64,000 nucleotides of DNA from Antedon mediterranea (Eukaryota; Animalia; Echinodermata). Under the pieces are notes generated by a model. It had not been told where the DNA came from and did not search any database. It saw nothing but the letters and a program-made list of their open reading frames with translations. The first letter of the stretch is position 1; every line of letters starts with the position of its first letter. The stretch spans positions 25,308,070 to 25,372,069 of the forward strand of contig NC_092671.1 of assembly GCF_964355755.1 (NCBI RefSeq), in the 5' to 3' direction. The translations under genes were made by a program, and so were the position numbers. Below, piece after piece: positions 13,688 to 26,374 of this stretch.

Positions 13688-14078
13688 CTGAACTTAGAAG
13701 TATGACGCAGGTAAAGAGGGCGACCTCACAGTTTGTCAACTGCATTGCCTTGAATTTTGCGGCGAAGTCTAAAACGTCACAAGCAATTTCGTACATAGGC
13801 GTTCCTTTGAAATCGACTATGCTAAACATTTGTTTGTATTTGGCGAATATAAATTGGTCGTCCTTAACGTTTAGCCAATGGGATATACGAACGAGTAATA
13901 CTTCAAGGGACGCAGACTTCAGCAACGTGACCTGGTCATCTTTGTGAAGTGATGTAAACCCAGGAATCATTTTCGCAAATGTTATGATTTTCGTTATAGA
14001 AGGCGTGAAGTTATTCGTGATGACCTCAAGTAGAACAGTACTTTTCAGAGCACTGTTATTATTGCTATCAAAATAAGC
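13688..14078 (-). CDS. NR1D: NR1D-like nuclear receptor, LBD exon (helices 3-8)
   Basis: tttcag|GCT ... TCAG|gtaag, 391 nt; FTPSITKIITFAKMIPGFTSLHKDDQVTLLKSASLEVLLVR is the NR1 LBD signature. Confidence 0.92.
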
Positions 14079-14468
14079 CTGAAAAATATGAAACAAAATG
14101 CAGTGTAATTTTTAAATAAATAATGAATAATATTATTTGTATGTTTGAAAAAATGAATCTATTTTGCAACAGAAAATTATATAAACTAAAATTTAAAAAT
14201 ACTAAAAACATTTGTTTAAAGGTTTAAAACCTACTATTAATACAAAAACAAAATCATTCTAATACAAGACTGATGTTGATGAAAAGATAAATAAAGGTAT
14301 TAAGAGGTTGATGCACCGGTTGCCACTTCTAGAGGAGAATATAAATTATATAGGGCACTGTGAAAGTGAAAACTACTTGGCTAACCATCCTACAATTCTT
14401 TCATTAGCTGTCAGGAGCGGATTTTCGATATAATCCATTGTTATCAATTTTATGAAACCTTTACTTAA

Positions 14469-15021
14469 AGACACCTTCCCTACGTTTTTTAGATCTATTT
14501 AAAGATCACAAACTATATTTAATGTAAAAATAATACTATATGGTCCTATTGCGGTAACTTTTTTCGTCTTTAAATTATTAAAAATGTGTTTTTCTTCTGT
14601 AATTCGGCCACTTTTCGATCGATCGTGAGGCCAAAACAAATGGAAGACTCCTAACTTTTCAGCGAAAATACCGGGTTTTCCCAAATTTGTATCAACAGAG
14701 TCTGGCAAAAATAGAAAGACAATTAATGCAGCAACTATACAACATCAGGCTAGGTATATAGCTAGCGTACGATGTTCGTACGTTACCGATGTTTACCAGC
14801 TAGGCCTACAAAACAAAGCCTAGCTAGACTATAAGGCCTAAAGACCGTCCACGAGAGGTCAGTCGCCGCGAGCTACTTAGGTAGTGCATTGTTTCTCACT
14901 TTTTATCATAATTTACCATAAAACGTACATTTAAGACAAGGAATGACCTGGTTTAATGTTTTTAAAGTAATATATATGTATTATTTTTTACAAAACGTCA
15001 CAAATTGTAGGGAAGGTGTCT
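14469..15021. mobile_element. Non-autonomous Kolobok-type DNA transposon in a receptor intron
   Basis: TTAA|AGACACCTTCCCTAC ... GTAGGGAAGGTGTCT|TTAA: perfect 15-bp TIRs, RR..YY ends, TTAA duplication. Confidence 0.8.
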
Positions 15022-15168
15022 TTAATGTAGAGGTGAAACACTGGTCAGAAATGCTTTAGTAATAGGTTCAATATTGAGATGAATTAAGACAACAGGTTAC
15101 GAATTGAAAGCATTTAAAATATGAAGAAAATCCATGAATAAACCTGTATTTTTCACTTACTGCATTTA

Positions 15169-16612
15169 TTATTAGGTGATCATTTAGAATAAAATGATCA
15201 CCTATTGTTATTGTATGAAATCTTATTCCGCTTTATTTCTTTCTGTACAGATTTTGTGTGTCAATTATCTCAAAAAATAAAATGTCAATGATCACAAAAA
15301 TTTTACAATATCTTCCAAATACTTTAACTTAATCCTAATAAACTTTTCAACCGTGACGTCATTTATACGCCATTTTGTGAAATCACATTATCAATCATAT
15401 CTCCATAATTCATTATCACATATTAATGAAATTTATTACACGTAAACTTCAGGTCAAGGGTAAAAATATTAGCAAGTAAAAACGCACGCACACGTAGGGT
15501 CATGCGCGTAAAATCGCGCATTCAAAATTTAAAAAGCTCAAATTAAGTTTTAATCAATTTAGAGCATGAATTAGGCCATTTGCGTGTTTCAAAAAATTAC
15601 TGCGCAAAAATGCGTTTTTGAGCGCGCGATTCTTAAAAAGCGTAAAAATACGAATTTTTTGTAGAAATCGCATTCTACTCACCATCCTTAGTACATTCAC
15701 CGAATTTGAGTTCGTTCCGACTTAAAATAACGCTATACGAGCATGTTAAAAATGACAAAATGCGCACATTAACTGCATAAAAGTGCTGAAAATGATGAAA
15801 AATAAGGCATTTTTAAAATGAAAATCATTCTTCAGAATGCACGATGACCCCCAATTTTTTTTAATTATTCTGGAAGCCATTGAGTTCTAGATATAATTTC
15901 ATGTACACATTTGACGTACAAAATGTTGTGAGGTCACCAAATGGCCACTCAAATTTAAAAATTAGGTTTTTTTCTCTTTTGTCATAGATTATCACATTCA
16001 ACTGAGCGCATCTCGGTTATTTTGTGCCCGATTTTCGCTAAATTTTTTGTATATGATTGCTCATTTAATTATCTTTCTCATGATGATTATAATTTATTAT
16101 GAAAGCTGATGAAATGTAGATATGAATTCATATAAAAATTAAGCCTATCGAATGTTGTGATGTTATCATATGGCTAGTTGAAGTTAAAACGTTGTTTTTA
16201 AATTTCTTTAGTCGAAGTTATACAAATTTCAAAGAGCGCGCATTGCGCTTCTACGTGTCAAATTCTCTTCCAATCCTTATATTTATTTGCTCAATTAATT
16301 ATCTTTCGAAATTGTCATCTTCGAGTTTATTTTGATAATTCCATCATACCAAAAAAATAGAACATGATGTGGGTCCCGTAATTTCACCTCTGCTACACTG
16401 TATATAGATATACAGATACTGTACATATTGTATACGACACATAATAGGTACAACTCAGCACTAAAAGTGTATATGCATCATGTCATAGGATGGCGTACAT
16501 CAGCTTTTTACGATCGCATGTTAACGTACGTGCATGTTTAAAAAGTGTTAATTTCATTAAAATGATAAAAATGATCACCTATAATTCGTCAAAGTGACGA
16601 ATTAAATTCTAG
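15169..16612 (+). mobile_element. Helentron-associated non-autonomous element (HINE/DINE-like)
   Basis: 5' TAGGTGATCATTT with a nearby inverted copy AAATGATCACCTA (about 15192); the same subTIR at about 16569, then hairpin AATTCGTCA-AAG-TGACGAATT and CTAG|TT at the 3' end. Confidence 0.75.
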
Positions 16613-16983
16613 TTATTATTTAACACCGTCAATAGTCTCGGCCACTGCTTCTGCTATGAAGTTTCTTTAAAGCGTTTTGTCAGATGTTGTTTTTCTGTAG
16701 GTCTGTTGCAGTTTTGAAATTTGTTGGTAGTGTACTGGATTGATTTAATTTTGAACCTAATTTGCACTGAGCTAAGTTCCGGTACCAAAATATATCATTT
16801 GAACCGCATTTGTAGTATGGTTTCATATGAAAGGGTCTTATGGACAACAGTATCAGCCAGACCAACTAGCAATGACATGAAATATTGATTCTAGAATATT
16901 TTTTAATTATTCTGATTTTGCAAATGCATTGAAAAGAATATTATTTATTTGAATGTTAATTTACACTTTATTTCTTTATTCAC

Positions 16984-17195
16984 CTTATTTTGAATATTCT
17001 CGTTCCACCTGCCTAGAATTCCACCATCCCATGATGTTTTTTTCTGAGCTTCATGAATGCTTAATATCAGCTGTTCCATACGCATTTGCGAGTCTTCTGG
17101 ATTTGATTGGTTATCGCCATGCGGAGAGCGTGGAGGAGATGGAACGGGCGTACCTTGAGGTTTGCACTTTTTTGGACAACGACCAAGACGCACAG
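16984..17195 (-). CDS. NR1D: NR1D-like nuclear receptor, CTE/hinge/helix-1 exon
   Basis: actag|CT (phase 1) AVRLGRCPKKCKPQ...MEQLILSIHEAQKKT...ENIQNK|gtgaat (phase 0); 212 nt, joins both neighbours in frame. Confidence 0.88.
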
Positions 17196-17841
17196 CTAGT
17201 TGAGAAAACAAGAGAAATAGATTTTAGTATAAACAGGTTTTTTTGTGTTTTACTGTGAATATTATATAATATGGCTGAATAATTGAGCAGGTGGGTTTAT
17301 CTAGGACATGGGCAGCATTTTACGCTATATGTACAAGAAAAATGTATTATTAATGAAATTATTTAAATTTTCTTTTTCATTTGTATATATTTATATTGGT
17401 TCATATTTTATAGTTTAGCTTTTATTTTCAACCTGTTATTGGTGTTTTACACTGTTGGTTTGATATAAAGAATAAAAAATTCCCCCAATTTCAGTCATGG
17501 TTCATTAAATGTTGTACAATTCTATGATCATATTTTGTAACACAGGCTGTGTTCCTCAATTAGATTTATTGAGGGTGTACACATCTAATTCATCCCAGAC
17601 AAGGGCCGGGTCTCATTTTATTTTTATTCCTGTACATCAGGCTGAAATCATGAATAATGCATGAGATCTACTTCCTAAATAGCCGATCTACGTTCTAATT
17701 ATACTTAACCTAACCCTCTAAATAATCTCTCTCAACTATTAAAAAAGCATCAAAGATTTTGATGGGATTCAAACCCCAGGTTTCACCTCCACAACCTAAG
17801 TCCAGAAAAATGATTCTCAATTTATTAGTTGGAAAACTTAC

Positions 17842-17986
17842 CATCTTTTGACATGCCAACAGATAAACATTTTTTAAGTCGACAATACTGGCATCTGTTG
17901 CGATTGATTCTCATAATTAGACATTCATCTCCCTTGTTACATATTCTGTACTTCACATTATGTTGAATACTGCGACGGAAAAAACC
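17842..17986 (-). CDS. NR1D: NR1D-like nuclear receptor, DBD second zinc-finger exon (absent from the ORF track)
   Basis: ttgtag|[52 protein letters not shown]|gtaag; 145 nt. Confidence 0.93.
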
Positions 17987-18748
17987 CTACAAAAGAAAAC
18001 AGAATTGTTTTTATATGGTAATGCAGGGCTAGTATGACATATGGTTGAGCACTAGCCCATCATGCCATGTTGTGGGATGCCATCTTCTTTTGTGTCTGTA
18101 GGCAGATGCAACATAATAATTCAACAGTTAAGTCTAAACTAAATGATGTGCGCTAGTCAAATCTAACTACGATGAATTGTTTTTGTCTAAAATTAACCAG
18201 CAGTATTTTTTTTTTTATTTAATAAGAAATCCAGGTACTGTACACAAATGGGTAAAGTTAGAGGGTGGAGGATTGCATGAGCATTTAAGTGGAAAATAAG
18301 ATGATGGAATTTATCAGATAGCCTCTGTTTCTGTTCTTATCGTAAAGGTTTATCATCAATTTACAAATCATATGAACTAGTAAATGTTTAAATCTATTTT
18401 ATATGTATTTCATTTGCTCATTTATTTATGAACAATACTGTAATGTTCAATGAAAGTCAATAAAATTAATTTAATTGTATAAATGCCCAATGAATGTCAA
18501 ATTTCCAGTTACAAACTAATAAAAAAGCTTGAATTTTAATTATTGAATGTCTCCCTGATTCCTAGTTTAATTTTTTTAGAAACATATGTTATAAATAATT
18601 AAAAATGAACATTAAATTGTGTTGTATTTAGGAGGTCTTACTAACGAATGTATAGAATGATTGTGATACCAAGTAACATTTTTATGGATTATTTTAAAAC
18701 TTGCTATCTAAATGAATTTACGCTTATAGTACAGGTACATAATCTTAC

Positions 18749-18850
18749 CTTGCAGCCCTCGCAGGCGTGCACGCCATAGTGGAACCCGGATGCACGGTCA
18801 CCACAAACACGACATAGGACTGGATATCCGTTCGAAGTTGCTACACTCAT
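18749..18850 (-). CDS. NR1D: NR1D-like nuclear receptor, DBD first zinc-finger exon (absent from the ORF track)
   Basis: Acceptor ttgtag| before 18856, in-frame ATG at 18850: [34 protein letters not shown]|gtaag (P-box CEGCKG). An upstream coding exon cannot be excluded because the frame is open to the acceptor. Confidence 0.92.
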
Positions 18851-19826
18851 TTCGATCTACAAAAACAACATGTGGTAGGCTATAGTAAATCAATTTTTAA
18901 AACAGAAATGTGGTCAAATTTAATCCAAAAGGCAGGAAGACAAGGAATTAAACGTTCAAATGATAGATTTTTAGAAATAAATATTATAAGTGCTCATCAT
19001 ATTATGCCATAAAAGTGCATATTTGTTATGCTTATTGCTTTGGCGACAACCAAACCCCAAACCTTATGTTACCCTGTAACCTCTCCAGCCCCTTTCCCCT
19101 CACCTCCACCATATATGATGTGAATAGCAATCGTAATATTTCCTGTCTACCGTGACGTTTTAGCCGTTGTTCAACGTATGCACAACAAACGCACAATATA
19201 CGGTATATTTTGAAGGCAGCAGAAATGGTGCCACAAAAATATACCATATGTGAAAATATACGGCTGCTTAGCAGAAAAAATACTGTATGCAAGAAGATTA
19301 CATTACAGTGATTATAATGTAACAAGGTCAAGTTATGCAGATTAAAAGTTCATGCATATCTTACACCCCCATTCCTCTCCTTGGAATTCTCAATTCTTAG
19401 AAATAATATACAAGCAGTTTTGTGCACTTTAAAGAAGGAACATTTTAAAACTAAATTGGGAATAATCCAAGGCCAGGCTAAAGCAAAATTGTCAGGCCTG
19501 ATTAAATTTCTCACTTTAATGATAGCATGAAATAAATTTAAGTCTCCCCAGCTAATACCCACTGGACTTGGTCCAACACTTGTGATGGTCCAATGGGAGG
19601 AGATTTCCAAGTAGGGTTCAATAATTCTGTCAAGTAGACATGCAGTAGACAATATTGTCCTAAATGTTTACTATACAGTATAGTCCTATCAAGTTTCATA
19701 TTCACAGCTATTATCTAATATGGTTATGTTCTATTTCCCAACTATTTTGTAGTCTAAACATACATCTAAGACATTTATTCAATAATAATGTAAACAGTCA
19801 GGGGAAAAATGGCAAAAGGTTTCCTA

Positions 19827-20614
19827 GGGTCTGTTTCTGCTGCAACTGCTCAAAATACGGTATAAAAATACGGTTAGTACCCCGTTTCTGCTAACAATAC
19901 TTCTTGGGTGGTCGTGTTAAATTTCATCCTTTTTACCAATTGCCATTCATTTATTTGGTCGATAATTAAGAGTCGCAATAAAGGAAGTTTTACGCCTCAC
20001 TTTCAACAGCCTTGCCCTAGTGATAGAGATGTTGTGAGAGCACAGAAAACATCGTAATGGGGACAAGTAATTCGTTCCCTCCCTGAGTTATTGTCTTTTG
20101 CAATGTTGTACTGCTTTTGCAGGCTCTTCAGCTTTGAGTTTACTTGCTTTGGAGACAAGTCTATTCCGTACTCCTGCTTTATTTTTTTAGAAATGTCTTT
20201 ATAAATGTGGTTGTCCCTTTTATTACCTTTTAGTTGCCCGGACATTTTAGCTTCCCCACACAGATTTATATAGTAAATACTGTGAGGTCTCCGCTCCACA
20301 TTTTCGCCGAATATATCTATACACGTGTGCAAAACAGCTGACAGAGACCAAAAATAAAAAAACGATGTTGACCTCATGGTGCAGGTCAAAAAAATACGTT
20401 TTTTTTATTGGCAGCAGAAAAGGGTACAAAAAATATGGTATAAATTTGTAAATACCGTATTTTATCCACAAATTTTGTGAGAAAAATATGGTATACAAAA
20501 TAAGGTATTTTTTTTATGAGTGCAGTTTCTGCTGTCAAAAAAATATGGTATATATACGGTATTCAAAAAATACCGTATAAAATACGGTATTTTCTTGGCA
20601 CCAGAAACAGGGCC
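19827..20614. mobile_element. PIF/Harbinger-derived element with a Myb/SANT ORF remnant
   Basis: CTA|GGGTCTGTTTCTG ... CAGAAACAGGGCC|CTA; subterminal aaatacggtat repeats; minus-strand segment QLKGNKRDNHIYKDISKKIKQEYGIDLSPKQVNSKLKSLQKQYNIAKDNNSGRERITCPHYD resembles the trihelix Myb/SANT protein of Harbinger elements. Confidence 0.75.
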
Positions 20615-23600
20615 CTACCTTCTAGTATTTTTATCAGATAATCTATATTGTTTTGACAACACATTTGTAAAAGGGAACAAAATAAATGGAGTAAGACAAT
20701 AGGACATGATATTAAACATTTTAAAACAACCATTTAACTTACTCACTAAATGTGAAGAATTTTAAATTATTTTCCAATATATAATTAAAAACCAACATGG
20801 GGAACGGAGTACAACATAATGAGAAAAATTATATGACTGATATACCATAATGAATGTTAAAATTACACTTTTGATTTTAACATTTCCAAAGTGGTTTAGC
20901 TATAAAATAAAGTATCGAAAATAAAAGACCTATGTATGAACAATTATTTTTATATTCTTTTGCCATTTGGCAATAATTTATAGAGGTTTATTTATAGTTT
21001 AACTTATTTACTGTAGCTTTCCAGTACATCTTGTGAAAGGTCTCTACTTGTGCAAGATGGCCTAAATAAGTGGTTATGGATATAAAATGGCACTTCAATA
21101 AAAGTAATGTTAACGTTCTACTGAAAAACAATAAGCCATTTCCAATAATTAATGGGACAACCATTTTTTTGTCCTGGCAAGTGATTTTTATCCGCATAAC
21201 ATAGGCCATGTTATCCAAGGATACTTTCTTACTACTTGGAAAAAATAAAAAAAGTAGGCCTATTAGTGCAGTATATCTATGTTACATTAACATGCAATAT
21301 GTCACCAATTTTAGTTTTTCTATTATGATTTACAGTATGTACATCAGTAGGCAAGATATTTTCAAGATATTGTCACTGAGAAAATACAATTTATTTTTGG
21401 ACAGATATTTTTGCTGATGACACAAGAAGATAAAATATAACTTTATGAATTGTTATCACAAGCAAATATGTAAAAAATATTTACCAAACACAGCTTGGAA
21501 TATTTCTTTAAGATAATTATTTATTGCATTTTCAACAAACACAGTTGAGAAATTTGTTTGGAGTAATGATCAATTAATCAAAATAGAAATGTTTTGTACA
21601 GTACTTATCAAAATGAAAAATGAGGGAAAAGGGGTCCTTATACATCTAGGTTAATTTGATGACCCGGTACTACATACTCCATACAGTCAACAACTCTAGA
21701 CAGTTAAGAAACCATTTTGTAATAATTTTTCATTATTGTGTATGCACGTATGTTTAATGATGATACATCTAACATCACCAGCTTTGTGTGAAGTACCTCG
21801 GGCAAGTTTTTTTAGACTAATGATGCAAGAAAACTAAAACTGGTAATAATAATATTGCATTTTAAAAAATAAGTTTATTAAAACAATTTGTTACACTATT
21901 GGTTTTATGAATTTGCATATCTGATTTTTACCAGTGCATAAAAATAAATACATATATGCAGTATATGAAAAATATTAACATCAAGTATAAAGACTTAAGT
22001 AAACATCGAAAAACGAAAATAAGCTAATAAGCTTTTTGGGCTATCCTGGAAAATCTTTTATAAATGTATTTATTTGTAATTTCAGTAATTTATGTTATCA
22101 CTTTGTATGTATTTTGTATGACAATTTACCTATTAAATAATAAATTCAAATCAAATCAAGTACTATATCAATTTGAGCTCCAGACTTGGAAACGTAAAAG
22201 ATTTTTTAATGGTAGGTTGAAGTCTAGATGGTGGTGGTAAAGGGATTTGATCTTTCTCCATTACTGGATATTATGCAAACTTACATGCACATTAATAATA
22301 AAAGAAAAATACAAAAAGAGAAAAACATTTGTTCAGCTGAATTCATTCATATGATATTTAAATAATAAAGCGTATACATTACAAATACTATATCTTTTAA
22401 CATATTATGTAAATTCTGCTATATTTACAGCAAAACAATTCCAAACTAATAAATGGTACAGTAATAGCACAGGAGCACTAGTACAAAATACAGTATACAC
22501 AATTATGTGTGAAACCAATTTGTCACATGCATGCACAACATTATAAACAGGCCTAGATTCTGGTGTCAGAACTATAAACATAACTTGAAATTTATGTGTT
22601 TAAACATCAAAAGGTCATGAAAAGGCCATTGTAAAGTCAATGCCTACACAAAGTACTATTAATAAGCAAGTCAGGTAAAAATGTCAACTAGATTTTGAAC
22701 TGGTCCTATGACAAGTTAGGTGATCTTTCCATGCAATAGGCCAAAAAAAAAAAGGCCAACAAAATGTTGTTAAGCTTCACCGCCCTCACCTGATTTTCGA
22801 ACTGCCTCTGTTTTTAAAAATTTTATTACATATTATGGTTATTGTTAAAGTTGAAAATGTACTATATGTATGCTCATGCTTTAAAGAGATGTTGTCAGGC
22901 ACAATGGTTAAAAAAAGCAAAGAATAAAAAATATAATAAATTTGATTGAATTCGGAATATTTACAAGGAATGGAATGTACCTACTATAGTATTCCTCATT
23001 TAAAAACCTCTCTCCTTTTTTTATGCAATCCAGTCAAGTTACATAATAAATGGTTGATGCCAACAATCTTTAGAGTATAAATCAGGTCATAAAAGCGATA
23101 AATCAGGGTTGTCTTTTAAAAAGAAAACATCTTGATATTGACATTGAATAATAGAAGGAGTTCAAATGGCAACTTGTATAGATGATTGGAAAGCATCTAT
23201 TTTATCATGTCCTGCATTTCTTCAATTTAAACTTTTAACTGTCTGAAGAAATATAGAACACCAACCAGCAAAAAGGAAATTCTAAAAATAAATATTTTAA
23301 TTTTATGCTTTACAATATTAGGCCTATATACATAATTGTTCTAGAACAGTTCTGTAGTATCCTACACTGATGTCACTGACTGTCACAATGGTGGCGCTAT
23401 GTTACCTCAACAAGGAAAAAATAAGACAAAAATTGTTACTTTATTAATACTGTAATAATAATAACTGGAAAGCCAACACACAATACTTAAAAAATTATAA
23501 CTCGCACAATTTAAATTGAAGAGGTTCTCTTTAATTTAAATGGTCATGAGTATACAGTAACTACCTGTACCTGCCTTTTCTTCGAGGTTACTATGTCCAT

Positions 23601-24567
23601 AATCACATTATTAATATTATACTAAAATAAAAATAAACTTTATTATTAGAACTCCCCAGCAACTTCCTCACACTCATTAAGACATGGTAACCTTCTTCCC
23701 CTTGCCTGGTCCTCCACCTCCCGCCCCACCACCAAAATGTTCACTGAAATATTGAATAGCTAAACAATTAGAAATTTAATTTAAAAGAATCCTGCATGTT
23801 ATTCTATATAGCTATATTTTCACCAATGGTTAAACTTAATTTATAAAAATCTATATTTTGCAATTCTGCTTGTCCTAGATAGCCATACAAATCATTTCAA
23901 TCCAGTATGCAAGTAAGATGTTAACTAGGCCATGATCTAGGTTAGCACACTTTTAATGAGTGAAATATAATTATCATCATATAATAGTTATTACCTATGA
24001 ATATATTAATTTTCATAACTCATTATAGTGTGAATATTCGACTAAAATGTATTTGTAAAATGTGCGTCATCAGATATTTAGTGATGTCTGCTTGTTTCTA
24101 TCAATGGAAAATATTCAAGAGGTTCTGTAAGAGGCAATGTGTACATTACTTAATATTTTATTTTATAATATTAAAGTCAATTTTTAAAATACAGACTTTC
24201 AAATTTTTAATTTTCTTGTTTATTAATTTAGTTAAATCAACCTGGACACATTAAACTTTTCACAAAACCCTACTGTTTCAAAATTGTGCTTTCAAGAATT
24301 ATTATATTAATAATATACCATATTCAACCAGGTGATTTTTTTACAAATATTTCCTTCATATGTATACAAATTTTAAAATGTATATTCCACTGTAGTGTTC
24401 AGTTTTTATCTTTATAGGTAAATCATTAAAAATGTTGTAGTGTTTTGTAGTTGAGCATTACGCAGAATGTCATAATATTTAATACTCTGTGTTTGCACGC
24501 ACATCCTGCTTGTTGAAAAGTAGCGTGCAAGGTTTGCCAGCACTCCAATTTGGTTGGCCAACTTTAG

Positions 24568-24789
24568 ACCATGTACTTCTAATGTGTTAACATGTTGTAG
24601 CCTGGCATGATGTTATACTGTGTACCATGTACTTCTAATGTGTTAAAATGTTGTAGCCTGGCATGCTGTTATACTGTGTACCATGTACTTCTAATGTGTT
24701 AAAATGTTGTAGCCTGGCATGCTGTTATACTGTGTACCATGTACTTCTAATGTGTTAACATGTTGTAGCCTGGCATGCTGTTATACTGT
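24568..24789. repeat. 56-bp tandem repeat, about 4 copies
   Basis: Unit accatgtacttctaatgtgttaa(c/a)atgttgtagcctggcatg(a/c)tgttatactgtgt starting at 24568, 24624, 24680, 24736. Confidence 0.95.
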
Positions 24790-26266
24790 AGTTCAACTTT
24801 CTGAATCTGCCCATATGTCTGATTTATATTCTAAAATAATTTATAATTCTAATTGTAAACAATTATTAATATATTTCATGCACACAGTTAATAAATAATA
24901 TTAGATGAGTTTATTTACATGCATTCATATGCTTCATTTTTAATATTAATAATAAACTCAAAACTTGTATATACAGCAGAACCTTAATAAGTGAGTAAAT
25001 TAGAGTGGAAGTGAATGACTCTGTAACAGCCTTTCAAAACGATAATCAAGATATAGTGAGGATACGTTTCCTCTTGGTAAACACATAGAAGTACTACACC
25101 TTACAATCGCAATAGCGATCAACTACGAAAACACCCTGAGAGAAAACAATATGTAGGTCGATGCCCTTGAAATCTAGCTAACCTAGTTCGTTCTTCCATT
25201 ATTTATGCAGATTGCTCGTTCAAGCAAGATCCATTAACTATAGAAGAGACGTGGTGCCAGCAATGTTTCAGTCGATATATAGTTATTATTAAAGAGAATT
25301 GCATCAAGGATTTTGAGATAAAAATGTGTAAAATATGATGTTGAAATATGGATTCTCATTTCTATAGTATCACTTTTTTCGTTTGGAAAAATAATATATA
25401 ATATTTCTTTTCTTTTGAATTCCGATACTAAGATACGCAATACAAAACACAAGGGAATAGAGGTAGAAACGATTTTCATTTCGTTTGCACTTGAAAATAT
25501 AAAATATATTGATAGAGAGAAAATGAGAAAGATTTGACCTAGTTATAATGTCTTTGAAGATACAGTATCAATGATGTTTAATTTTATAGTATGACAATAA
25601 AAAAAGTAAAATCATAGTATAAAAACAGAAATGGGTTTTCCACTTTATCTACAAAAAACAACAATAAAGTTGAACTAAATATAGAACTATTCAATAAAGT
25701 AGAACAACAATAGACTGATCGAAATAGCAATAACACCTATTTTCTATTTTGATGCTTTCAACATGAAAGCTCTATCAAGGCCACTGGATTAGTTGAAGGA
25801 AATTGTGTAATGACCTAAATATTTAAGGTGAAATATGGGTGAATGTACCCTTAAACCGGAAAATAGTATAATAGGTAATGGTAGGCCTTTAAACAGTATA
25901 CATCAAATGGTACTTTAACAGCCATAGACTGTATTCTCAACCTTTATCTAAATTAACCTAATTCCTCAAGACAATGGACTCTTGCTAAATAGAACAAGCT
26001 TGTTTTATATACAGTATTATTATTATATATATAAATATAGAGTACACTATTAGAGTACCAGTATTTATTCAACATTAATTATTACTGTACTATAAAGTAC
26101 AGCTATTGTTAGGTCTATTTATATCAGGAATTTGTGTACACAAAATTTGTTATTTATGTTTTATTTTCATGGATGCAAATATAAAAATCCATTATCAAAA
26201 ACAGTAAGCATTAATTTGAACTTATCTTATATTTAAAGTTCTTCTCATGAAACACAATGGTACTCT

Positions 26267-26374
26267 TTCAGATAATTTTTGTTTTGGATGATCCAAAGTC
26301 AAATAAAAATGGTAAAAATTAAGTTTTACGATTTTTATTTGACTTTGGATCATCCAAAACAAAAATTATCTGAA
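26267..26374. repeat. Near-perfect 108-bp palindrome
   Basis: 44-bp perfect arms ttcagataatttttgttttggatgatccaaagtcaaataaaaat and its reverse complement, plus an inner gtaaaa/ttttac pair. Confidence 0.92.

Noticed and set aside
16680-16865. Possible extra receptor exon (61-aa ORF after an AG)
   Set aside because: Runs into TGA with no convincing donor and no receptor similarity; the flanking exons already join in phase 0.
17760-17790. Reverse-strand B-box-like sequences (also near 42105-42127) as tRNA genes
   Set aside because: No A box or cloverleaf; at most decayed SINE heads.
24568-24789. Regular repeats (also 29320-29428 and 49848-49915) as a CRISPR array
   Set aside because: Contiguous tandem units with no unique spacers, no cas genes, eukaryotic context.
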